Shown here: piece after piece, positions 28,216 to 39,174 of the stretch
Layout of the letters: each line of letters begins with the position of its first letter
Position numbering within the stretch: position 1 is the first letter of the stretch
Assembly: GCA_050084515.1 (NCBI GenBank)
Contig: CM114271.1
Location: 6,510,001 to 6,574,000, forward strand
Source of the DNA: Blasia pusilla
Taxonomy: Eukaryota
Length of the DNA stretch: 64,000 nt
Reading direction: 5' to 3'
Translations under genes and position numbers: made by a program
The notes under the pieces: model-generated
Told to the model about the DNA's origin: nothing
The model's input: the letters and a program-made list of their open reading frames with translations, nothing else
Database searches by the model: none

Positions 28216-28582
28216 TGTTATGACCATACGGATTATGTCGTAGAGTATAGTGTGCTAGTAGAGGCCATTCCTTATGTAGGACCGTAGTGGCTTGATAGAG
28301 ATGCGGTTCCATATATAGGGTTGGGGGTTACTCAGTTGGGGGTGAGTCTCACAGAAGGGCCCGCTCTTAGGTTGGAGGATATAAGGTGGAGTGCACTCAA
28401 AGAACAGTCAGTTTTTTGAGTTGAGCCTGTTGCGTTGGGAGTTAGCCTTGGTATGAGTAGAGCTCTTGGCTATGGTGTTTCCCGCAAGCTTCGACCTAGA
28501 TTCTCCCATCGTGGAGTGGGTTTGGCTCGATTGTATGTGATTGTAAACGTGTTTTATGATAGTAGGTCTTTCACGGATTTCA
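28216..28582 (+). repeat. Terminal repeat A1 (367 bp)
   Basis: About 95% identical by eye to 37509-37876; homology stops after GGATTTCA. Confidence 0.95.
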
Positions 28583-30289
28583 CTCAAAGAACTGGAGTAG
28601 ATCGATGGTAGCTTCGATTGTAGATCAGTAGGATCTGGTTAGGGCTGATTGTGTACTCGGCCGTGGATGTTTGCGGCTTGTTGCCTATGTTGGAGGTGTG
28701 AATCAAGTGCGTAGTTGGTTGGGAAAGAAGCGCCTTGCTGAGAGCTTTCCAACGTGCTGTAGATCGCCGGATTTCGTCAAGGGAGTTGGAAGTTATCAAG
28801 CATTGAAGATTCTGGTTCGTGTTCGACAGTTTTCTGATGTGGAGAGCTTGGAGTGCGGAAGCTCTGTTGAAGTTCATCCAGATCGGGTGAGAGGTTCCTA
28901 TTGCTACTTGTATTGTGATCTCATGTGAAGCTATCTGCTCGAGTGCGTGGAGCGTTGCGGATTTCTGCGTGCATGAAATTTGGCGGAAGCGCTGTCGGAT
29001 TTGCGGTTCTAGAGGTGTGTGGACAGCAAGTTTGTCTGATTTTTAGCTCGGAGTACGGAGCTTGGATGTAGCTGAGTTTTGGTGGGGAGATAGCTATGGT
29101 GGTCAATTAAATTCTGATTGAAACAGATTTGATTTCGGTCACGTATTTGTGAAGTAATTTCTGATCGAAATTTCGCGGACTAGCTCAAGGTCTGGCTATG
29201 GTGGACAGCGGATCGGAGGGGTGGTTGGTTGGTCACTCGTTCATTTTTGGAGACGCCTATCCCGTTGGGGGCGCCCTGATTGGACCTCTCTCCATAGCGA
29301 AGCATGGCGAACGGGGCGATAGGGGCATGTCTCGAGCATTTGAGGCTTCGAGGCAACTCGTGGTAGCTCGGGGCGAGTGGGCGTGAGAGGCGGAGTAAGG
29401 AGCAAGGAGCAAGGAGCAAGCAAGCAAGCTTGCTTGCTTGGGCATGAGGCAATTTTTGCAGGATTTGGGATTTGAGTTTTGCATAACTGGTCACCCATCT
29501 TTGGGCTATTCTGCCTGGAGGACGCTTAATAGCTGAGTTCTTAACTATGCCGGTGTCTGCATGTTGTAGCTCATTTGGTCTTTGTTCGGAGATGTGTTAG
29601 GCGCTTTATGCATCTCAGTTTTTGGTTGATGTACCTCTAGCGCATAGTACGGTGTAGCCTCTCCATAGGTGATATTTTCAGGTGTCTTTGCGAGTTCGAC
29701 TAGCACGCGTCATCGACCATGGCGGAGTAGCTATTGCGTTAGAATTGTGTGGTGGGTTTTGTGGATTCAGAGGGCAACACGTTTGGTGGATTGTGTTACC
29801 TTGATTTCCATTTGCGACTGGAGGGTTGTCGTTGGATTTCTTGTGTTTGGATCCCCTCCATCGTGCTTCTTGCTTGCGCGCCCATTGTTAGGGTTGACGC
29901 TGATTTCCATAGTAGTGTTACTCCTGTGTGCTACTGATAGTGAGGCTGGAGTGATGACCAGTAGACCGTGGGAGGCTTCTTGTGGTGATGAGAGGTTAGG
30001 TTGCCTACACCCATAGCTAGTAGAGCTACAATAGTAGAGCGACATCGACGTCACTTGGATAATTTGGTGGTGGTGCGGCATCGGCGTTGGTCATCACGGA
30101 GCTGTCGGGTGGTCTGGTTGGGGACCGTGGTGCGGACAGTGGTGGTTTCACAAGGAGTGGATTTAGGTATCGGCTACCTTTTCCACTTCCGACGGTTGAT
30201 GAAGAGGAGGACGAGGGTGTTCCAAACACCGAGTCTTCTACGTTGTTATCGAGTGTTGCAGCTCCATTGAGTTGGGACATGGACGGTGG

Positions 30290-31470
30290 ATATGGGGCCA
30301 TGAAGGGCCCACGACGATACTGGGTGCAAAGTGGGTACCATTGAGTTGGAGGACTTCATGCGGGAGTTTGATACGTGGTGTGATATGCGGATGTTGCGGA
30401 ACGCACGTTGTTTACACCCTTCTTGGCTTGGAAGGGGTTGTTTCAGCACTTGGAAGGACCACCCATAGATGATTACCATGAGTTTAGGAAGGACCATGTT
30501 GCTGAGATTGAGGCATGGAGACAATATTGGTCTCCAGGCTATGTGTCTATCACCCATGGTGGTATTGGTAGTAGTGCTCCTACTATGCCGGCCCCCCAAC
30601 GCTGAGTGGTATGCAGTCTGAGCCGGAGTGGGGGTACCAAAGTGGAGGTACTAGTGGGGGTACTAGTGGAGGTACTAGTGCCCCACCATCGTTTAGCCTT
30701 GATTCTGAGAGTTCTTCAAGAGGTTGAAGAAGAACTATCAAGGAGTGAAGACGGAGAAGTTGAGGAATCTTAAGAACTTTGAGCGAAAGACTGGTGAGAG
30801 TCTTCGTGAGGCATACACACGTATGTGACGCTTGATTTCAGTTACCCAGGGTGTGATTGAGGATCAGGCAGTCCAGTTTTGGTATGGGATCTTGGACAGA
30901 GATTTGCGCCGTAGGGTACGTGATGCTACTCTTATGAGTGATGATTCACCCACATTGACCCATGTGTTTGCTCTATCTGAGAAGATTGAGCTTAACATGG
31001 TGAAGGAGAGAGTGGTGACATCCGCATTCAGTAGGGATACAACTACTACTTCTCGTGTTCAGCCGCCCACCTCACAGTCTCATAGTAGTGGTGGTGGTAG
31101 TAGTAGTGGGAGTCGTGGGGGGTACACGTGACCTCAGTCAAGTCCTAGAGGGACATTTGTGCAGAGACCATTGCCTTCATTTGCTGCCCAGCAAGCAGGG
31201 CGATCATGTTGGACATGTGGAGGTGATCATGTTAGGAAGTTTTGTCCCCAAGAGGATGGGAGACGGACTTTGGAGGATGGGCCTCGGTCGGCCCCAACTC
31301 GGTGTGATCATTGCGGGAGATTAGGTCATCCTCGAGAGCGTTGCTTTGATCTTCATCCGAGTTGAGATCAGGCCGTGGCCGTGGTGGAGTAGCTCCGAGA
31401 GGCCGAGGTGGTAGAGGTGGTAGGGGTGGTAGAGGTGGACCGGTGGTTGGAGAGCCTACGGTGGCTACCC
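30290..31470 (+). pseudogene. gag remnant with two zinc knuckles and an RGG tract
   Basis: LEDFMREFDTWCD, FERKTGESLREAY, CWTCGGDHVRKFC (~31207), CDHCGRLGHPRERC (~31303), GRGGRGGRGGRGG (~31400-31440). Confidence 0.8.
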
Positions 31471-32194
31471 CTACCACTCGACAAGTCGACTATGGTTGCC
31501 GGGATTGAGCAATTGGAGCGAGTTGGCTACTATGTTTGGTATCCAAAGATAGATCAGTTTGGGAGCAGGGGCTTCCACCTCTTATGGAGGGGATGATCTC
31601 TCTTATATGGCGAGTGCAAAGACAGGTTGAGGCATCAGTGCGATTCGAGAGGAGCCACTCGATCGTCGAGCCACGTGGTGCTCTATCAGAGTTGGACCCC
31701 TGCAGAGGGGTGAGGGGAGGCGAGGCTAGGCTTCCCAATCATTCTTGTTGGTGCTTAGGACTCCATCCATGGTTCCCTCGCAGCCTATTGAGCCGCTTGT
31801 GGGGGACCGAGGCATCTACATCGCGTGTAGTAGACACAGATGCGACATCAATGTAGTATTGCGGATGGCAACTTCGGTGTTGGGATCCCCATTATTTTCG
31901 GCCACGAGGCGATGGCTTTAGGAGTTGACTTAGCTCTGTATTTGATTAGTAGCCACGTTGTGAACGTGGGGTGTTTCTTGCTACACGTGTTGAGGTGGAT
32001 GAGGGTGTTGCGGTGGAGCGACCCTCTATGTCGAGTAGCATTGAGTACAAGTGCTACTTAGCGGCAAAGCGGGCGAAGATGGATGCATTACCGGCCCGGC
32101 CACCATTGATCGTGAGAGGCTTACACTGGTGTATGTATGTTGGACAACCGGAGTGGGATCTTCCGATTGGTGAGTCCCGGGGCAGTGTATAGAC

Positions 32195-32530
32195 CGGATA
32201 GAGTCTTGTTAGACTCGGTGCCCAACCTTGATGTTGGGAAAGGCGGCATGTATTGGTTTGGGTATTCGGAGGTCAGAGCTTGAGCCTTGCCCATTCCAGA
32301 TTCAAACATCACTTGGAGGAGCCAATGATAGGTCTCAATTCATGACACGGGAAAAGTTTTATGTACAATTGAGACCAGATCATGCGACTGATAGCTCTCG
32401 GTTGGGAGTATCTGCGGTAGTCACATCAGCCGAGTCGTATGATGTACTAGTTGGAGGAGCAGTATTGTACCCGATGGGTTTTCAGATGGATTCTTTGGTG
32501 AGACAAAGATCTTATAGACCAGGTTGGCAG
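32195..32530 (+). pseudogene. Aspartic protease remnant
   Basis: RVLLDS(G)AQPLMLGK across a frameshift at ~32218; YDVLVGGAVL closing motif. Confidence 0.7.
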
Positions 32531-32929
32531 TCCGGGGATGGACGTATGAGCCAAGTTCCTGTGAGATTTATTTCTGGGGCTCGACCAGGAGGGTCTTCCC
32601 CAAGAGTGTTAGCATCTGTGGCTGGTTTTAGTGGAGTAGTCACTTGGCCAGGAGACTTTTTGGAGGGTAATGTTTCTGCTATGGATTCTCCTGCCCATGA
32701 GGAGGTAGAGGAGGTCCCTATTTTTGCAGCAAATGGCATCCTCATCGTTGGATGTGCCACTTTGAGTTCAGCGGTGCACTACGGCAGAGGCGATTGCCTA
32801 GTGCAGAGGCTTGGTGTGAGGTGTTATACCTCACGAGGAAGAGGAGGCCCCACGGCGGACTCCTACTTCTGGCCTAGTTGGGTTATCCCCTTTGGATACT
32901 ACACCCATTGTATGGCAGTATCCGCCGGA

Positions 32930-33885
32930 GGGCATTTGTGTGTTAGATCTCTTTGGTGGGATTAGCACTGGTTTGGCTGCAGTGTTGCAGGCCGGTATTC
33001 TTGTGCGGAGATACGTGTATGTGGAGCGAGATGAGACGGCCCAGAGAGTCTCATCCCGACATATTGGTCAGTTGATGCGGAGATATCCTGAGTTGTTGCC
33101 GCCATCAGCTATTCGTGGGTACTAGCGTGCTTTACCATCACACATTGCATTGTTGGGGGCGCAGGACCTTGAGAGAATTGGTCCTATGGATTTGGTGATT
33201 GCTGGATGGCCATGTCAGGGTCATACACGTGCTGGTCGTGGTGAGGGATTACATGACCCTAGGTCTCGATTTTTTTGGGAGATGTTACGGGTGTTACGAC
33301 ATCTTCACGTTCATCGCACACGTGCTCTAGCTTAGCTTATTCGAGAATGTTCCATTGTTGGGTGACACTCGGACCCGGATGATGGCGAGTGTTCATGAGG
33401 TGCGGTCTTGATTGGACCAGCGGTGTTGTTGGATGCAGCATGAGTTGGCTCAGCGTGCACATCGCCCACGCTTGTGGTGGACAAACTTGTTGCCTAGGGA
33501 GGTTCTACGTCGAGCATATGATGCAGTGCAGCGGGATCCTCGCCTTACAGTGGATAGTATCTTGGATATTGGGTGACTTTCTCAAGTGGTGAGGGTTATT
33601 GATCGATCACCCATGGCAGCTGTGAACCATGTGGGCCAGCCTAGGATGGCGCTACCCACATTTGTGAGTTTTCCTCGTCACATGCCCTCTGAGGAAGGTG
33701 GTCGGGGCTTGTATGGGATTCTCATGTGCGGCGGTTGGTGGAGCCTAACGCTGATGAGAGAGAGAGAGCGTGCGATGGGATTTGCTACTGGTGTGACAGC
33801 GGTTGCTTCTATTTCTGAGGCTTCACGACGTCATGTGTTGGGTCAGGCCATGGACCTGAATTGTTTGACTTGGATTTTGAGTCTT
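32930..33885 (+). pseudogene. DNMT3-like DNA (cytosine-5) methyltransferase domain inside pol
   Basis: Motif I VLDLFGGI (~32940-32963), II YVYVE, IV DLVIAGWPCQ (catalytic Cys ~33213), V GLHDPRSRFFWE, VI LFENV (~33337-33351), VIII LLDAA..AHRPRLWWTNL (~33457), IX ERERAMGF..GVT, X SRRHVLGQAMDL. Unpermuted I-X order; stops and frameshifts present. Confidence 0.93.
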
Positions 33886-34239
33886 GGTATGGCCGAGCAG
33901 CGTCGACTTCGGACTATGTCTGTGGGTCTTCCACGCCTTGTAATGAGCTCGATGGCTAGGGGACAGTAGAGGCATCGGTCGGGGTGAGGAGAGTAGTATT
34001 TTGCATCCTTGGAGTAAATGGGATGTAATGGCTGGGCATGTGGAGTTGGTTGCTCATGCTAGTGGAGGAGTTATTTGCTCAGATGATGGTGTAGCTAAGG
34101 GTGTACCATCTTGTGAGGGGGTTGCGTAGCAGCCAATGGCATCGTCCTCTCCCTCTAGTGTGCCAGTGGAGGAGACTTGGGAGCCATTACTTGGGCCCAA
34201 GCTACGGCGGTGAGAAACGACGCTGACAAAGTTCCTACG

Positions 34240-35590
34240 TGCTTATAGGATTTGTTTTGCCTTTAGCATGAAGGAGTTGGGTTCTCTGGTTGGACCCGAT
34301 ATCTGATTGATTTGGCTAGTGATACGCCAATCTTCCGTCGTCCCCTACCGATATAGTGATATGGAGAGGGACTTGATTGAGTAGGACGTTGGACCTTTTG
34401 GAGGCTGGATTAGTGGAGTTGTCGCATGGAGAGTATGCATCGCCCACTTTGTCATGCTGCTAAAAAGGATATGCATGGCAACTACACGGATAGGCGGATG
34501 TGTGGAGATTACCGCCCTATCAATCGGAAAACCAAGGTCGATAGGTATGCCATGCCTACACCGAGGAGATCTTTGATGTGGTGGGACAGCAAAGATTTTC
34601 AGATTTTTGGATCTCGGCAGATACCATCAATTGCCGATTCGGGAGAGTGACAAGGCCAAGACAAAGATTAAGGGTGTCAACTCTTATGGCAAGGATTGTT
34701 TGTACCGGTGGAAATTCTTACCCTTTGGGTTGAAGAATGCACTGCCGAGTTTCAAAGAGTGATGATGGACAGGATCCTAGCGGGGTTGGATTTTGTTCGG
34801 TGTTACATTGATGATATCTTGGTGTTGATAACACGGTGGAGGAGCATCGATACATTTGCAGATGGTGTTTGAGCGGTTGAAAGCTCATGGTCTACGTTGC
34901 ATCCGAGGAAAGTGTAAGTTCTTCCATGAGGATGTTGAGTACTTGGGTCATGTGATCTATCCAGGTGGTTTGGGAGTTCGACAAGCAAAGGTGGAGGCTA
35001 TTGCACTTATTCGCGTCCGGTAGATGTGAGTAGAGTTCGAGCATTCATGGGATTGGCAAACTACTATTGGAGGTATGTGAAGGGATTTAGTGCTATGGCA
35101 AAGCCTTTGAACCAATTGCTGAAATCAGATCAAGAGTGGCACTTTGGGAGATGATCGGAGAGAGCTTTTGTGGAGCTTAAGGGCAGTTGGTGGCGGCGCC
35201 TATCTTGAGGAGACCTATCGAGGGCGCCCATTTCAGTTACACACTGATTGGAGTAGGTTGGGACTTGGAGCGGTGTTGACACAACATGATGATGAGCACA
35301 TGGAGTTTGTGGTGGCCTATGCAAGTCGTTCGAATAATGCAGCGGAGTCGCGCTATAGTTCATATGAGGAAGAGTGCTTGGCAGTAGTGTGGGCTGTGGC
35401 ACACTTTAGGTGTTACTTGTTTGGCACATTTACCCTTTTCATCGATCACCACCGCTCAAGTGGTTGATGGAGTCGGACAAGCTTACAGGGAAGCTTGCAC
35501 GGTGGGCTCTTATCTTACAGGAGTATGACTTCCATGTGGTACATAGACCTGGAGTTGCCAACCTTGATGCTGATGGGTTGAGTAGGAACC
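34240..35590 (+). pseudogene. Reverse transcriptase and RNase H
   Basis: RRMCGDYRPINRKT..DRYAMPTP, LPFGLKNA, CYIDDILV (34801-34824), [77 protein letters not shown]. Confidence 0.95.
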
Positions 35591-35979
35591 CATATACTAG
35601 CCAAGAGGATACAACTGGGGCTAGATGGCATGGCGAGGTTGATGAGGAGATGGTGCCAGGTTGGCATGCATCCGCCTTTTTATGTTGGTTAGGGGTGGAC
35701 TCTAGTATGGAGGACCACATGATATCTTACTCTAGTCAGAGGGTAGATGGCCAGCCTTCAGATCCTAAGGTTGGAGATGGTGGTACGGATCAGCGTGATA
35801 TTCATGATGATGCGTTGGTGTTGGAGTTCCTACGGACCAGTAGGGTGCCAGGCATAGTGAGTGCCAAGGAGCGAGACCGTGTTCTTCAACGTGCTAAGAG
35901 GTATCGATTGGAGGGAACACATATTCTCCGCGTGTGGGAGGATGGTAGAGTACGAGTAGTGCCACATTTGGCTCAGAGA

Positions 35980-37010
35980 GAGCGCATTGTGCGACATGCC
36001 CATGAGGAGTTGGGACATTTTGGGGTAAAGCGTACGTATAGCTTACTCCTTGGCCAATATTGGTGGCGTGGCATGCATACTCAGGTGCAGCAATTGGTGT
36101 CACGTTGTATGGTTTGTGACCAGGTAAGGGCATCATTTAATGCCCCTACACCACAATTACACCCCTTGCCTATTATGGGGTTGGGTTACCGTTGGAGTGT
36201 GGACTTTGCGGTACCGTTACCGTTGACTGTACGACATCATCGATATGTGTTGGTGATGGTGGAGCACTTCTCCAAGTGGATTGAGTTGGTGGCATTACCG
36301 GACAAGGCAAGTGAGGGAACGGCGTATGCGTTTCTGGATAGAGTGCTTAGTCATTTTGGTGCACCCGGTGAAGTCTTGACCGACCAGTCTGAGTTTTGGT
36401 GAGTTTGGTCTTGTGTGACAAGGCGTTGATTGATCATCGGACCACGTCTCGAGATCATCTTGAGGCGGATGGTTTGGTGGCGTGTGGTTCAGACGGTGAA
36501 GAGGGCATTGCGCAAGTATGGCCTCTGAAGGGCATCTTGGAGATTGGGATATTCGGTTGCCATGGTTAGCCATGGGGGTATAGGTTGATCGCCAAGCATC
36601 CTTGGCTTCCTTCTCACCTTATTTTTTACATTATCGGCCGAGATCCGGACTTGCCGAAAGCAATTGTCGGGAGTCTAGTGAGGTGGTGAACCTTGATGAC
36701 CGAGAGATGTGGATGAGGGTGTGTTCTCAACGGGCGGAGCTCTTTCGGAGAGTTATGCCAACAGCCTTTGAGAATCTTGCCATTGCTCAACACAGGGATA
36801 CGTTGCGGTATGCAACCATTCGGGGTGGAGGTTATCGACCATCGATTCGTAGGTTCCATGTGGGGGACTATGTCTATTTGCAGCAGATTGCCCCGACAAC
36901 GTTGGATGTGACGGCAGGCCACACTATTTTACGAGTGCGTGAGATGTTAGCTTTTGGAGTTCTCATGTTGGAGGGTCGTGATGGAGTTTTTTGGAAGGAC
37001 CATGTGCGTA
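35980..37010 (+). pseudogene. DDE integrase
   Basis: HHCC zinc finger (AHEELGHFG..YWWRGM..CMVC), WSVDFA, VEHFSKW, FGAPGEVLTDQ, RVVQTVKRAL, FSPYFL, FHVGDYVYL. Confidence 0.93.
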
Positions 37011-37084
37011 ATTGTGCGCCATGTCATCTTCCAAATGTGGATGGTACTGTTGACCCAAGCTTAGCCATGATACGTGCTAGCTTG

Positions 37085-37227
37085 AGGTGCATGTTGTGTG
37101 GGTCTCATGGTAACGCGGCCGTATGTTGGTGTGTGATCGGTGTTCTAGGGGTTGGCACATGATGTGTTTGACTCCACGTTTGGATGTTGTTCCTACTGGA
37201 AGGTGGATTTGTCCTCGATGTACTTAG
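37085..37227 (+). other. C-terminal PHD finger of the pol polyprotein
   Basis: RCMLCGSHGNAA/(frameshift)MLVCDRCSRGWHMMCLTPRLDVVPTGRWICPRCT-stop gives C4-H-C3 spacing with the typical W-x-C-P-x-C end. Confidence 0.9.
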
Positions 37228-37400
37228 GAGAGGTAGATGACTTGATCTTTGCATGATATGGATTACAAATGTGCGACTAACGATGGGGCAACCTAGCACC
37301 CGGCCTTCTGATTCGGGCACCCAAGAAGGTGTATAGCATGTAGTAGATGTATAGGGCTACCTGGGAGTTAGAGGGACCTAACCGCCTTGATTAGGGGCGA

Positions 37401-37982
37401 GTTGTGGTACACTTGCGTTTGTGGATACTCTCGTCTTTGTTATGTACGTATGTGAGTATGGTATGTCAGCGATGTATGGTGTATGACGATGTGGATTCGC
37501 ACGACAGCTGTCATGACCATACGGATTATGTCGTAGAGTATAGTGTGCTAGTAGAGGCCATTCCTTATGTAGGACCGTAGTGGCTTGGTAGAGATGCGGT
37601 TCCATACATAGGGTTGGGGGTTACTCAGTTGGGGTGAGTTTCACAAAGAGGGCCCGCTCTTAGGTTGGAGGATATAAGGTGGAGTGCACTCAAAGAACGA
37701 TCGATTCTTTGAGTTGAGCCTGTTGCGTTGGGAGTTAGCCTTGGTAGTGAGTAGAGCTCTTGGCTATGGTGTTTCCCGCAAGCTTCGACCTAGATTCTCC
37801 CATCGTGGAGTGGGTTTGGCTCGATTGTATGTGATTGTAAATGTGTTTTATGACAGTAGGTCTTTCACGGATTTCAGTTGTGGTACACTTGCATTTGTGG
37901 ATACTCTCGTCTATGTTATGTACGTATGTGAGTATGGTATGTCAGCGATGTATGTTGTATGACGATGTGGATTTGCACGACA
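37401..37982 (+). repeat. 3' split-repeat block B1(37401-37506)-gc-A2(37509-37876)-B2(37877-37982)
   Basis: B1 and B2 are 106-bp near-identical copies (GTTGTGGTACACTTGC...GCACGACA); A2 matches A1. Confidence 0.95.
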
Positions 37983-38943
37983 TCACATCCACACCACACC
38001 ACACAACACCGATCTTCCCGAACGCACGGGTAAATCCACACATATAAAAAAATGAACTCATGCATGTACGTCGAGATCACACAACAAAAGTAAACGGGAC
38101 ACTCGGCCTAAAACTCCACTCCTCAATCTACATTGGCATATTGAGCCTCGTCCACCCTATGCTATCAGGGAATCCGGACCCTAGCATCCTGATCCTATCT
38201 TACACAAGAACAAGAGAGGTGCTCCAACAACCCAACATGAGAGCAATGGCTCAGGAAAGCCATCCCTCTCCCATACATAGGTGTGGGAAGAGCCAAAATG
38301 CCCTTCCCCTAAAAATAGCAATCCTCCTAGAAACCTACGTGCACAGGTATGAGGGGCGGGTGACCTATTGAACAAGTCATCCGGATGTGAAAGACCCAAA
38401 CAAAAATTTCGTTAGAAACGATGATCGTGACACAACGGAACTATCCTCAACCCCATCCAACACCTCAAGACGAAGTTACACTCAAGACAGTCCACTGACT
38501 CTCTATGTCGTCGTCGCGATAGATCCCTACATATCGGCTACTCAGATGTGATAGAGAACACAAGGTTGTAATTGAGGTTTGGACACTCGGGGAGGGATGC
38601 AGGCGACAAATAAATAATTTAAACAAGCCAAGGCTTGAAGATGACACCATTGGATGGATCTTCACCAAAACGTCGAGTCCAATGCCAGAAACCAAGAGAG
38701 AAACCACTACCTAACTAGGAGCCAAAGAATTATACTTTAATATCCAACACACAATTTTTAGGCATGAGAATGTTATATATTTGAGAAATTCAAGCAAGCT
38801 TTCAACGCTAAATTCAAATGATCTGGGGCTCTATCTTGAAATGAAGGATCTCATGAATATCATGTGAGAATAAATGACCCAAAAAAATAAGTGAATGGTT
38901 GAGTTGGAGATGGATTGGGCATCCATTTCTATCAAGAAACTAA

Positions 38944-39174
38944 GGCCCGGTTCCATGCGCGCAGGGTATCAACGACGATAGAGCGTCGTAGAGTTTTGTG
39001 CGCCCAAAAATTTTGGGTGCAGAATTCATCCAATGTCCTCGCAACCCATTTAACTGAAATCCGTTAGAAACTAGTCGAAACCGTGGGTGTTTCCCTCCAA
39101 AACCGTTGGATAAAATTTTTGGAGCCAAAAAATAGGTCCGTGCAACCTCCATGCGTGCCCATGGAATCGGGCCC
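38944..39174. mobile_element. PIF/Harbinger (Tourist-like) MITE, copy 2
   Basis: TIRs GGCCCGGTTCCATG / CATGGAATCGGGCCC and TAA TSD. The reconstructed empty site AAACTAAGTG resembles the PIF target CWCTTAGWG (reverse complement). Confidence 0.82.

Larger units (their letters stand above)
28216..37982 (+). mobile_element. Full-length Ty3/Gypsy-type retroelement encoding gag-PR-DNMT3-like MTase-RT-RNaseH-INT-PHD, with split direct repeats
   Basis: Starts TGTTATG and ends CACGACA; TSD TCAC at 28212-28215 and 37983-37986. All pol domains are recognisable in Gypsy order despite many stops and frameshifts. Confidence 0.95.

Noticed and set aside
32930-33885. Host DNMT3/DRM gene or bacterial MTase contamination
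   Set aside because: Intronless, embedded between protease and RT within TSD-bounded termini, decayed like the rest of pol, and not permuted like DRM.
28216-37876. Conventional LTR pair A1/A2
   Set aside because: The flanks do not match (TCAC versus GTTG); the TSD appears only after B2, and the solo copy includes B.
28216-37982. DIRS/PAT/Ngaro tyrosine-recombinase element
   Set aside because: No YR motifs seen; it has a protease, an HHCC-DDE integrase and a 4-bp TSD.
37987-38700. Possible LINE RT relic forming the insertion site (RRSYTQDSPLTLYVVVAIDP resembles the QGxPLSP motif)
   Set aside because: Only one degenerate motif; too weak to call without a profile search.
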